DNA of 62,920 nucleotides, counting the filler, from Licmophora abbreviata (Eukaryota): NCBI GenBank assembly GCA_900291995.1. It is 13 parts of 13 records of this genome, joined end to end, with 100 filler letters (N's around TTAATTAATTAA, not from the genome) between each part and the next. Parts side by side here need not be neighbours in the genome. Positions count along the whole stretch, not along the records: positions 42,277 to 48,741 come from OLMU01002653.1; positions 48,842 to 50,919 come from OLMU01002654.1; positions 51,020 to 52,667 come from OLMU01002655.1; positions 52,768 to 55,225 come from OLMU01002656.1; positions 55,326 to 60,832 come from OLMU01002657.1; 8 more parts are not named here. One strand, 5' to 3'. Under the pieces are notes generated by a model that had not been told where the DNA came from, did no database searches, and saw only the letters and a list, made by a program, of their open reading frames with translations. Within the stretch, counting starts at the first letter, position 1, and every line of letters begins with the position of its first letter. The translations under genes were made by a program, and so were the position numbers. Of the stretch, positions 45,750 through 56,220 are shown piece by piece.

Positions 45750-47687
45750 CTACACCGGCCTCGGTGCCTGTAGCATAACTTCTAGCATGCCCTTGACTCG
45801 ACGCGATGTGCGGCTCTTCATTTCGAACGCAACCCGCTCGGCTTCCTTTCGTTCGGCCTCCATACGCGCTTCCTCTTGAGCGCGTACAATTTCTCTGGCG
45901 ATGCGCTCATATTCTTCACGCGCGTTGCGCTCCGCTTTCTCCTTTTTGCTCGTGCTGGCTCGATCGCTTTTCGGCTCTTCGTCTTTCTCCTGCGGTTTTC
46001 CTCGAGCTGTGTCGTCAGAATCAAACTCCGGCAGATACGATTTAGCCAAGTCCAAAATGGACGCGGTCGTCTCTTCTGGCACCCCTGCGTACGATAAAGC
46101 AGATTCCATCGTGTGTACGATCGCCACAGGATACTTCTGCGTCACGTAGTAGCTTCCTCCAACGAACAAGAGTGCCAAGAATGCCAACACGACCCGCCGC
46201 TGCTTTCGACGTTTGCGACGTTTCTGACGATAGACATCCCGCCGAGAAGACATGCGTGAACCAAACAATGTCGTTTGCTCTGGCATGACTTCCAAATGCG
46301 ATAGGGGTGCGGCCGCACGTGCGGCACGCGGCGATGTATAATCTGAAACTTTGACGGATGTCTCGTCGTCCGTGGGCGGAGGCGTCCACTGAGTTCTCTT
46401 GGAGATGCGTTCGTGGTAATATTCGCGCTGGTAGGTTTCGTCAAAGTACACGCTCCACTGCTCGCTGGGATTTCCAGTGTCGTAGGGACGAGGTTCTTGA
46501 CTCGGAGTAGGAGGTGCTTCGTCGGTATGTCCGTCCTGGTGGTTTCGAAGAATCTGCTGCATCTGATACACCATATCCTCCGCTTGATCCGCGGCACGAG
46601 CACTCGTCGATCCGACTTCACTGCTGAAGGATGACTTGACGCTACCCACCGTCGATTCTTGCTCGCCCTCCAACATTTGCTTGATGGCTGCCGTTTCTGT
46701 CTTGAGGAATTCGACGAGACGAACCTCCGCGTCAGAGAAGATGAGGGAGTGGGCCGAGGTGAGTTCCGAGATGCTCGACTTGACTTCATCGTCATCAAAA
46801 TCGAACGATCCTTCGGCTTGAAGTGGTGATACGAGGGGACTCTCCGTGCCAGCCGTAGTGGCAGTCAGATGCGACACCGGCGTGTCGTTGGATACCCACT
46901 TGTTCAAGGAAGACGAGGACCAGCCTTGGGGAGTGTCGGGAGAGGCAATGCCAACTCGCGCTCCGGAAGGCGCCGATGACGTCGTCTTGCAATCGAGTTC
47001 TGCGACAGTCGGGGTGGAGGCCTGAACGTCAACGCCCCTGCCCTCGAGAGTTCGAAGATAGGCGACACGCTGTTTGTCATCCATATTGGAAAAGACTTGC
47101 TGGTAGGTCCGCTCTTTGCCTAGCGAGTTGATACTGGGATGACGATCCGCGCCCGAGGAAACATGTTTCGAGAGGTTGGTCTCAATCTGCCCTGCGAGGA
47201 ACGGGACTCGAGATCCCCGGGGAGAGTCCGTGATGGCGCGTGGAGTAGAGGGCGGCAGCAACGATCCATTCTGCGGTTGGTGCCGGTGAGGGGCTTGCAC
47301 GACTCCAGTGTCACCAAATTTCGCCACGTAGCGTTGATACAACAAGACCGTCTCCTTCTCCTTGCGCCTGCACTCGTCTTTCTTCTGTTGTAGTTCGAGA
47401 TAGAGCTTGTCGTAGGCCGACAGCTCGCCGCTATCTGCATTGGTGTCACTCCAGTCCTTGAGTCCAGCTGCCTTGCGCGCTTCCAAGTCTCGCAGAGCAG
47501 CTTCGGCCGCAGCCCGTTCCTCGGCAATGGACTGGGTGACGGCCGTAAAATGTTTGTTCAAGAGTTTGGCCAAGCCGCGTTGCCGCAGCTGTTCCAGCTC
47601 GGAATCGCGGGCATTCTTGTACCGACAGGAGGAGGACGCTTGAGGCGGTGCGACCAGCGGAGGAGCGGGCGGATATGCCGATGGCAT
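45750..47687 (-). CDS. Coiled-coil/low-complexity protein with a WW domain and one transmembrane helix
   Basis: WSVYFDETYQREYYHERISKRTQWTPP (WW domain); basic cluster RRKRRKQRR followed by VVLAFLALLFVGGSYYV. Confidence 0.75.
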   Translation of the reverse strand: MPSAYPPAPPLVAPPQASSSCRYKNARDSELEQLRQRGLAKLLNKHFTAVTQSIAEERAAAEAALRDLEARKAAGLKDWSDTNADSGELSAYDKLYLELQQKKDECRRKEKETVLLYQRYVAKFGDTGVVQAPHRHQPQNGSLLPPSTPRAITDSPRGSRVPFLAGQIETNLSKHVSSGADRHPSINSLGKERTYQQVFSNMDDKQRVAYLRTLEGRGVDVQASTPTVAELDCKTTSSAPSGARVGIASPDTPQGWSSSSLNKWVSNDTPVSHLTATTAGTESPLVSPLQAEGSFDFDDDEVKSSISELTSAHSLIFSDAEVRLVEFLKTETAAIKQMLEGEQESTVGSVKSSFSSEVGSTSARAADQAEDMVYQMQQILRNHQDGHTDEAPPTPSQEPRPYDTGNPSEQWSVYFDETYQREYYHERISKRTQWTPPPTDDETSVKVSDYTSPRAARAAAPLSHLEVMPEQTTLFGSRMSSRRDVYRQKRRKRRKQRRVVLAFLALLFVGGSYYVTQKYPVAIVHTMESALSYAGVPEETTASILDLAKSYLPEFDSDDTARGKPQEKDEEPKSDRASTSKKEKAERNAREEYERIAREIVRAQEEARMEAERKEAERVAFEMKSRTSRRVKGMLEVMLQAPRPV

Positions 47688-48281
47688 ACTGATGGGTGGA
47701 GGTGCAGCGTATTGTGTACACACAGTGGCAGGATACCGCGTGTATCACGATTCTCAGCAGAAAGTAGCAATCAACCGATCCAATCACACAGATAAGGATG
47801 GAAAAGAGAGGCGCTGCTCCAGTCGATCAAGACCCCGTATCTCCGACCGTGATGGACGTATGTGCTACGAGACTGCCCGGACAGATCTTTGTGTGTGTGA
47901 TGCGTGGATGGTGATCTCCTCTTCAACAAAACAAACGCGAGAGCGGCTGAGGCGTCAAAGTCACGCTCGCGCCATGGGCAAATCGGGGGCGGCCGGAGCC
48001 CAGCCTGCCCGGCATGCTTCGTTTCTAGTTAACGGATTTCCTTAGGCATGAATAAAGCATTCCGATTTGAGTTGCTCTTCGCCAGACGGCGCGCTATGAT
48101 TGGTGATCCCCCATTCAAATTTTTCAAATGTTTAAAATCGTCTCTAGCTAAATCTGTCGATGAGAAACGTCACAAAGCGTATGGCACCTGGAATTCATGA
48201 GAATCGCGCGCGCCGCAGATATTTTTCGGTATCCATTGTGCATCATCGACGGCCCCAACAACAGCTGTTGGCACTTTCGCC

Positions 48282-49846
48282 ATGAGAAACGGGCTTGTAT
48301 CCTCGATTGGGAATCGAACCATGATAGATCCTTCCCGCGGACTATTAATTTTGCTGCTAGGGTGCGGGGAGATCACGCGGACTAGCGGATTCGCTCCTCC
48401 TTTGATACTAAAAACAACGACTGTTCGAAACAAGAACTGGGAGCTGGCCCCGATCACTGCGTTCGCACCGTCATCGCACATTCTTCTTCGAGCCACGGAA
48501 AGTAATGACGCTGACGATGTTCCTCAAAATCCCTATCAGGATCCAAACTACCCAGAACTTGAGTTCATTGACTACTCGGACCCCGACTATCAGGTCGATC
48601 AGGGAGTCTCAGACGAAATGTTTGAGGAAGAAGACAGTACCGATGAAGAGATTGAAGCCATGCGCGAAGAAAGACGACGACGCAATGATGAATTTCAGTT
48701 TGAAACCTACTATCGGGATGTCTTGCGAGAAGGAAAGGAGTNNNNNNNNNNNNNNNNNNNNNNNNNNNNNNNNNNNNNNNNNNNNTTAATTAATTAANNN
48801 NNNNNNNNNNNNNNNNNNNNNNNNNNNNNNNNNNNNNNNNNCTACAACCCGATAACTCTCCGCCACACACTGGTGATGCTGATGCGCTGCCACAATTTCG
48901 CAAGGCGCAGCGGAATCTCAAAGTCAAAACTAAGGGATCCAAGGTTATTGTAGATCCAAATGCAGAGTGGAGAGTTGACGGTGAGTATCTATGTCATGAA
49001 GAGACTCTGGTTCCAGCGTCGGACAGCGATGCCTACCTGTCACCGGATGGCGGTGACGACACCGCGTATGCCGACGAGGAATCGACTAGTAGTCCCTCGG
49101 AAGAACTACAAGCGCTCACATCGGAGAGGAAACAAAATCAAGACGAACTTATGAAGCAAACCTACTGGCCGGAGAAAATGAGCTCGTTTGACTTTCGCGG
49201 ACAACAGGGCAACATGTGTGTTGGGAATGCGTACACGATTTGTACTGCAGTGCCGCTGACAGATGATGGAACCGCAGAAGGCGACCACGACGGTCCCTTT
49301 TCCGAGCTGCGTACCGAAGTCGGTATTCAGTATGACGCCGTCCGATTCCGTGTCAAGTTCGACTACAGTGTCAAAGAGCGGGAATTGCTAGATGCCGGCG
49401 AACATCCTCCCTTGCACCTAAAGTCCATGATTGTGTGTCGCGAAACCCGAGACCGGTGGCCACGAGACGGAGGCAAGTCGCCGTCGCTGGAGGATCGAGT
49501 TGAGGCTGATAGGCTTTTTGGTGATCCGGGTGCGCCAGGGGGGCTCTATGACCCCCCACCGGTTGGAAGTGACGAGCAAGCGGGGTGCTACATGATGTTG
49601 GACCTTGAGGGCGGGGCTTCTGTGCTTTTTCCATACATCATGGATCAGAGTCCAGATGCGTTCGAAGGGAATGGGTGGGTAACTAGTCTCGATTGGACAC
49701 CTGGGAAGATTCGCTTCCAAGTGGACCGGAAGGTCGCCGGAGGAGTGAAACTGAAAGGTTTGCGGACATTGGAATTGAGTGAAGTTCAAGGCCAGGACGC
49801 TGATACGTACCGCCCTCGTGACGGCGGCCAAGACATGCGCCAGTGA
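48282..49846 (+). CDS. Hypothetical protein, probably plastid-targeted; spans the gap at 48742-48841
   Basis: Signal-like LLILLLGCG...SGFAP. The frame is open from 48843 into the 49151 ORF, and the C-terminus is ordered and beta-rich (WVTSLDW, FQVDRK). Confidence 0.65.
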
Positions 49847-50094
49847 GGCAGGTGACTTACCAATTGAAGTAATGATACACCTATGAATGTTCACAGCTCG
49901 GTCTCTTTAGCAAGTCTCTATATGAGTGTAGACCTGACGAGCTCTATCGAAGACCTATGATATGATAGAACAGGCAGGTCTCCTTGAAAAGCGCTATGAG
50001 CGCGCTTTGTCGCCGCGATGTGGCGCGCCGAGAGAGGCGAGCTCGCGGTGTTGGCGCGATGGAACATTGATGTGTCCAGTGTCCACAAAAGACC

Positions 50095-50919
50095 ATGATG
50101 ACGACTATGAACGGAGCGACCAGAAGCACATCTCAAGACGACGTGGTCTTGCAGAGTCGTGTGACGCTCCCACAATCCGGCAAAGACGCTATAATCATCA
50201 CCCTGAATCGCCCGGACAAGTACAATTGCTTCAACACGCGTCTCTGTCACTTGCTCGCTGACCTGGTGTGCAAAATTGTCGACGAGGAAGACGAGGATGT
50301 TGCTGCAGTCATATTGAAGGGTCAAGGGCAACACTTTTGTGCGGGGGCCGACCTCAGTAATCCTCCCAGCCCCCTGGAGCAGAGCAGTGATCTAGAACAT
50401 TGCTTACGAGTGAATCCCGTGTATCAGATGAGTCGATTGAAGGTGCCGCTTATCGGAGCACTCCAGGGCCACTGCATCACCGGTGGATTTGAACTGGCGT
50501 TGGCCTGCGATATCTTGGTGGGCGATGCTAGCGTAGTTTTTCGGGATACCCATGTCAAGTTTGGACTGGCCCCCTGTTGGGGGCTCTCCCAGAAACTACA
50601 GAGGCGGATTGGTGGGGGACGCGCCAAGCTCGTGTCTCTCTCAGCCATGCCGGTGAGAGCAAAACTGGCGTACGAATGGGGGTTGCTCGATGAATTGGTT
50701 GATGCTACTATTTCTAAGATGGATACCTCCTCCTTACACCGTGCTCTGGATATTGCCGATATGATTGGCAAGAACGATGCTACCATGGTACAACGATACA
50801 AACGTGCGATTGATGAAGGCGGTAGTATGGATTTGTCGAAGGGACTCCAGAGGGAGCGCGCTCTGGGACTGGCGCACTACTTGGAAGCCCTGGGCGATGG
50901 GAGTACGTTTGAGGGTGCC
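50095..50919 (+). CDS. Enoyl-CoA hydratase/isomerase (crotonase) family; 3' end in the gap
   Basis: ITLNRPDKYN, FCAGADL, GHCITGGFELALACDI and FRDTHVKFGLAPCWG. Confidence 0.92.
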
Positions 50920-51084
50920 NNNNNNNNNNNNNNNNNNNNNNNNNNNNNNNNNNNNNNNNNNNNTTAATTAATTAANNNNNNNNNNNNNNNNNNNNNNNNN
51001 NNNNNNNNNNNNNNNNNNNAACGAGCAGCGCCCGCGTCGTTCGAAACTGTAGCTATATGTCGTAGTTACTTAGATTATGATGCA

Positions 51085-52330
51085 TCATGGCAATCGTCGC
51101 GAACCGTCCTTGGTCTGGAGCATACCATAGAGCTCTGGTCGTCGATCTCGAAAGAGTCCCCACGCCAGTCGTTCTGCTCGATTGGCGGCACTATCCACCT
51201 CGGAAATCAAAATGTCCGCCCCATCCTTGGCTTCCCCGATGATTTTCCCAGTGACATCGGTAATGAAAGACCGGCCGTAAAACGTAATGCTCTGCTTTTC
51301 CGTTCCATCCTGGTGCAGCAATACTTCGGTCCCATAGCGATTGCAAGCAACCACCGGAATCATCTGAAGTCATCCAGCATAGAAATAAACAACAAAGGGT
51401 GTGGTGAATAACAACACACATGGCGCTATCACAGCCCATCCATGAAGAAGAAGGTGACACGTACATTCGCCCCCGCATGTCCCTGCATGACACGTTGCCA
51501 ATGATCCACCGAGTTAATGGTAGGATCCTGTGGCTCACTTCCAATCGCCGTCGGATACAACAATATATCAGCCCCCTGCAAGGCCATGCTACGGGCCGCT
51601 TCCGGAAACCACTGATCCCAACATATGCCCACACCTACGCATCCTACCACGGTAGAAAAGACGCGAAATCCAGTGTCTCCAGGCGAAAAATAGAACTTTT
51701 CTTGGTAGCCAGTGCCATCGGGAATGTGGGATTTCCCTGTTGTTCATATCACAGGATGAGAAAGGTGTGATTGTGAGATATTGTGTGTTCTAAAGACCAC
51801 AGAAAAGAGACAATCCGCGCTCTATACTCACGATAGGTACCAAGATTTGTGCCGTTTCCGTCAATCATGACGACGGAATTGTAGAGAATATTGTTCTTCC
51901 GTTCATACAGAGAAATCGGTAATACCACATTGTACTCCTTCGCAAGACGCATATATGCTTGAAGTACAAAGTGCTCTGGATGGACTTCCTCCGCCATTCC
52001 CATGAGACACGCTTCCTGCGATTGACAAAAATAGGGGCCCAAAAAGAGTTCAGGAAGCAAAATCAGCGTCGCACCTTGCAATGCTGCTTGTTGAACTGCT
52101 TGACGAGCTCGACGCCAGAATCCACCAACATCGTTGTCTGGAGTCCCCGCACTGGTCAATTGGACGGCTGCCACCACTAGTTTGCGTGAAGTCGACGGCG
52201 GCATGGGAGCGTCAGGTTCCTGTGTGGGAACAGAATCTTCACTGCCAGCATCAGCTATTTCCCGTTTGAGTTCCTCATAGGACTCTATCAGCTTCGTTGG
52301 TTCGTAGCGATACACGGATGCAGATTTCAT
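51085..52330 (-). CDS. aguB: N-carbamoylputrescine amidohydrolase (nitrilase family); exons 52330-51832, 51736-51465, 51363-51085
   Basis: Glu-Lys-Cys triad in LPELFLGPYFCQ, YRKSHIPDGTGYQEKFYFSPGD and GICWDQWFPE; also YPTAIGSEP, MQGHAGAN and WGLFRDRRPELY. Confidence 0.93.
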
Positions 52331-52778
52331 TGTTTCTTAAAGAGTAGGACACCGTGACACAAACAAGGATACGTTTGGAGATGGCTCGTTGGTGTGCCGT
52401 TCATCGTCGTCGTCGTCATTGCAGTCATGTCGCAAGTTTCGAACCTCGAAACCATCGCAATTTCTCTCGTAGAGCCCAGTATCGATCCCATGCGCAATGT
52501 CCAATCCATGTCGCACCTCGAGAAATTGACACGTTCGAAAAAGGACAGCGCCCCGTGGCACCATGAAGATCACTCATCACTCTCCGCAGCGCCGCTCTCC
52601 GACGGAAGAAGCATGATATAAAATAGAGTACCCGATGAAGTGGCCAGTCGCAGACACTCGTGAAGGGNNNNNNNNNNNNNNNNNNNNNNNNNNNNNNNNN
52701 NNNNNNNNNNNTTAATTAATTAANNNNNNNNNNNNNNNNNNNNNNNNNNNNNNNNNNNNNNNNNNNNGGTCCCTCAGT

Positions 52779-54899
52779 ATGGAGGATATTGCTTCGCGTA
52801 TTGGAGAACTTCCGTCTCGTACACAACGAATGCATTGGCCATGGAATAAAAGTCGAAGAGCACCATCCGAACGACACGACGGAACCGCCCGAAAAGATGA
52901 TCGGAACGGTGCTAGTACGACTCAAGACACCACAGCTCCTACTGATGATTCAACGAATCACGCGGAACCCCCTCAGGAAAAGACGGGACCCTGTATCGGA
53001 AGTATCTTTGGTCTCGATGTGGGCGGCACCTTGGCCAAGCTGGTGTATTTTGAGCAGGGAACGACCGACGATCACTCCTCATCCCATTCTCATCGACAGC
53101 TCCTCTACCATCGTGCCGCATCCGCGCAAGTTGTACTCGAGGCGCGTCGTGCACAACAACAAGGTTCTGCCGCTTCGGCAAGGTCATCGGAGGAACGACA
53201 GCGGCGTCGGAGTTCCACGACGGAACTTCCGTCGTCACGGCCACCCGCCCTATTTCACTCACAGTTGCGTCGTCATTCGACCGAAGTCGATCCCGATTTT
53301 GAACAGCTTTATCGTATGAGGCAGGAGTCGGTCCCAGCACACTTGTCTGAGTATGGGTCAGCAGTACGAGAAAATTCAGAAGAGGCATGGAGAGAACACA
53401 CGGATGGGACTCGACGGCGACAGCCCCTGGACGACTTTCATGTCGATGCGTCGACCACAGTGCCGTCGTCATCATCCAGAGTCCGATTGCCCCGAGATGA
53501 GTCAGCTCAGATGGACACAAGCAAAGAAGACGGGAACGAGGTCAAAAAGTCTAGAAGTATGCTGGACTTATCCGCTACTTCCAGAGATCACGCCGAAGCT
53601 CTCGATCGTTTCTACTCCTTTGCACGTCGCCTTGATACCTACGATACCACCGTCAAGGACAAGAATCTCTCCTTTTATTCTCGCGAACTCGGAGGGGAAT
53701 TTCATTTCATACGCTTCGAAACACGCCAAATGCACAATGCAATGGATCTGATTCGGGTCAACAAGCTGCATTTGAATATTGTCGAAATGGGTGCCACGGG
53801 AGGTGGCGCACATAAGTATGCGTCCGATTGGGAGCGAATGTTGGGCATTCAGATTGTCAAGCAGGAAGAGCTTGATAGTCTGGTAGCGGGAATGCAGTTT
53901 GTGTTGTCGACTGTGGTGGGAGAGTGTTATACATACCGACCCAAGTTGGAGGAGAGGACAACGACTGCTGGCAGCTCGCACGGGAGCAGTACAACTGATC
54001 GCGATGAAGACGCGGGTGAGAATGGTGATCACGCGCAGTCGGTTGGCATGACGATGGACCAGGAGGAGGAGGCCGATGAGGAGGAGCCACCTCCCGCTAG
54101 AGTGAATGGCCATGGTGAGGTCAAGACAATGATTGATGGCTGGTGGTACTCGCGAAAGGTACAACGAGATGTCGTGTCGTATTCTTCCACCTATCCCTAT
54201 CTCCTCGTGACGATTGGAACGGGTGTCAGTATTCTACGCGTCGACGGCCCTCGCAAGCACACACGCGTGTCGGGTTCTACCATCGGAGGGGGTACCTACT
54301 GGGGACTGATTCGACTTTTGACGGACGTGGAGACATTCGAGGACGCCATGAGCTTGGCGGGTCGCGGTGATCCGTCCAAGGTGGACATGATGGTGGGCGA
54401 TATTTATGGCAAGAACAGCGATGCGCTCGAGAAGTTGGGATTGCCTTCCGATCTAGTGGCATCGTCGTTTGGAAAGTTAGTGACCAAGGCAGATCCTGCG
54501 TCGGGGCTAAAGCAAGAGGATCTCGCGCGAGCTCTGTTGCTCATGGTAACCATCAACATTGGTCAGGTGGCGTACTTGAACGCGCAGCTCTACAAAACGC
54601 CGCGAATCTACTTTGTCGGTAATTTTTTACGAAACAACACGATATCACAAAGACGACTCTCCTACGCCATCGACTACTGGTCCAAGGGCAAGATGGAAGC
54701 TCTCTTTCTAGAACACGAAGGGTACTTTGGGGCACTGGGTGCCTTTTTGCTAAGTCAAGGCGTCACCAACGGCGAGGATGGGTTCTTTCAACGAACGCCG
54801 CCTCAGGATTCGGCGGAAGCTCCGAGTAACGGATCTTCATCGTCTGACTCTGCATCACAGCAGCATCGTCGCGTTCAGACTATGAGCTCGCTGTTGTAG
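52779..54899 (+). CDS. PANK: Type II (fumble-type) pantothenate kinase with low-complexity insertions
   Basis: GLDVGGTLAKLVY, FHFIRFET, ATGGGAHKY, YPYLLVTIGTGVSIL, GSTIGGGTYWGL and LFLEHEGYFGALGA. Confidence 0.95.
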   Translation: MEDIASRIGELPSRTQRMHWPWNKSRRAPSERHDGTARKDDRNGASTTQDTTAPTDDSTNHAEPPQEKTGPCIGSIFGLDVGGTLAKLVYFEQGTTDDHSSSHSHRQLLYHRAASAQVVLEARRAQQQGSAASARSSEERQRRRSSTTELPSSRPPALFHSQLRRHSTEVDPDFEQLYRMRQESVPAHLSEYGSAVRENSEEAWREHTDGTRRRQPLDDFHVDASTTVPSSSSRVRLPRDESAQMDTSKEDGNEVKKSRSMLDLSATSRDHAEALDRFYSFARRLDTYDTTVKDKNLSFYSRELGGEFHFIRFETRQMHNAMDLIRVNKLHLNIVEMGATGGGAHKYASDWERMLGIQIVKQEELDSLVAGMQFVLSTVVGECYTYRPKLEERTTTAGSSHGSSTTDRDEDAGENGDHAQSVGMTMDQEEEADEEEPPPARVNGHGEVKTMIDGWWYSRKVQRDVVSYSSTYPYLLVTIGTGVSILRVDGPRKHTRVSGSTIGGGTYWGLIRLLTDVETFEDAMSLAGRGDPSKVDMMVGDIYGKNSDALEKLGLPSDLVASSFGKLVTKADPASGLKQEDLARALLLMVTINIGQVAYLNAQLYKTPRIYFVGNFLRNNTISQRRLSYAIDYWSKGKMEALFLEHEGYFGALGAFLLSQGVTNGEDGFFQRTPPQDSAEAPSNGSSSSDSASQQHRRVQTMSSLL

Positions 54900-55185
54900 T
54901 TACTTTTATTACTCGTAGCTGTTGTAATGATCTCTGACCTACCAGTAGCTACATCCAGTAGCACCTCATGCGTGTTCGCATGCTGCGAACAGATCTTCGC
55001 GACGACCCGCGCGCGCAATTTTGGTGGGCCGCCGCCGCCGACGATGACAAGAGTGCCGCGGGGCCGCGTGCACGATCCTTCGTCTGACTCACAACCATAA
55101 CGACTGAAGCTTTGACGGCGCAGTACGCCCTCACTAAGACGCGTGCGTACAAGAACTCTCCAGCCGTACCCCCAACAGTGTAATC

Positions 55186-56107
55186 ATGGTCAAGGTGAGA
55201 CTGATGATGGGAAATGCGAAACGCGNNNNNNNNNNNNNNNNNNNNNNNNNNNNNNNNNNNNNNNNNNNNTTAATTAATTAANNNNNNNNNNNNNNNNNNN
55301 NNNNNNNNNNNNNNNNNNNNNNNNNTTGACGGGCCCGTACGTGGCCGAATCTTTCTCGTATCTTTCGCTGTCTGGGATCTCAGTCTCGCTGACCATCGCT
55401 CTCCTCATATATTCGATGCCTTCCCTTTGTAGATTGTTTTGATAACCACTTCCGCTGCCGAGCTCAAAGGCCACCCTACGGGTGTCTGGATCGAAGAGGT
55501 GGCGACACCCTACTATCTGTTCAAAGAGGCTGGACACGAAGTGATTCTCGCCAGTATCAAGGGCGGCCCCGTTCCGATCGATCAGGGAAGCATGGGCCCG
55601 GGAATGTTTACCGACGATTCTAAGAAGTTCATGCACGACATGGAAGCTTTTGGTGCCTTGTCTCATTCCGTCAAATTGGCCACTATCGATATGAGTACGG
55701 TCGATGTGCTTTACGCAGCTGGGGGGCATGGCACCTGTGTCGATTTCGTTAGCAATCCGACGCTCAAGTCTGTGATTGAAGGCCTGTATGCGGGTGGCAA
55801 GATTGTCGCCGCTGATTGTCATGGACCTATTTGCCTCGCGGAATGTATGAAGCCGGATGGTACGACGCCGCTGGTCAAGGGTCTGACTGTCACTGGGTTT
55901 GCCGATAGTGAAGAAGAAGCTGTGCAGCTGACTGGCATTGTGCCGTTTCTGATTGAGACTCGCTTCAAAGAGCTTGGGGCCACGTATGAAAAGGCAGAGG
56001 GAGACTGGAGCCCCAAAGTGTGTGTCGACGGGAACCTCGTGACGGGACAGAATCCGGCCAGTAGTGAGCTGTGCGCCAAGGCTGTCTTGGAGCTTCTGAG
56101 TAAGTGA
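55186..56107 (+). CDS. DJ-1/PfpI (Hsp31/glyoxalase III-like) protein; micro-exon MVK at 55186-55194, an intron containing the gap, then exon 55433-56107
   Basis: ATGGTCAAG|GTGAGA donor and TTGTAG acceptor; TGVWIEEVATPY, AGGHG, AADCHGP (nucleophile Cys) and LVTGQNPAS. Confidence 0.9.
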
Positions 56108-56220
56108 GAGTCGAGTTATTTTTAGAAAAAGTAAAACCTCCAATCCAAGCTGCTATTGCACTGGTAACTGTGCCATGCTCCTTCTTTTTACTAATTTAGC
56201 CTAGCATGCCGCCTTGTGGA

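Noticed and set aside
52337..52667. Possible upstream exon or small gene 5' of aguB
   Set aside because: Only short ORFs without motifs, and no clear in-frame splice link to aguB.
54973..54991. Hairpin TGTTCGCA-TGC-TGCGAACA downstream of the pantothenate kinase gene
   Set aside because: An 8-bp stem is expected by chance in 63 kb, and bacterial-type terminators do not apply to a nuclear locus.
50095..56107. Crotonase, AguB, PanK and DJ-1 as a metabolic gene cluster
   Set aside because: They share no pathway, lie in mixed orientations, and gaps make true spacing unknown.
55274..56143. Long antisense ORFs (289 aa here; also 1666-2295, 12826-13473, 53568-54164 and 58146-58730)
   Set aside because: They are shadows of well-supported genes on the opposite strand and have no recognisable motifs.
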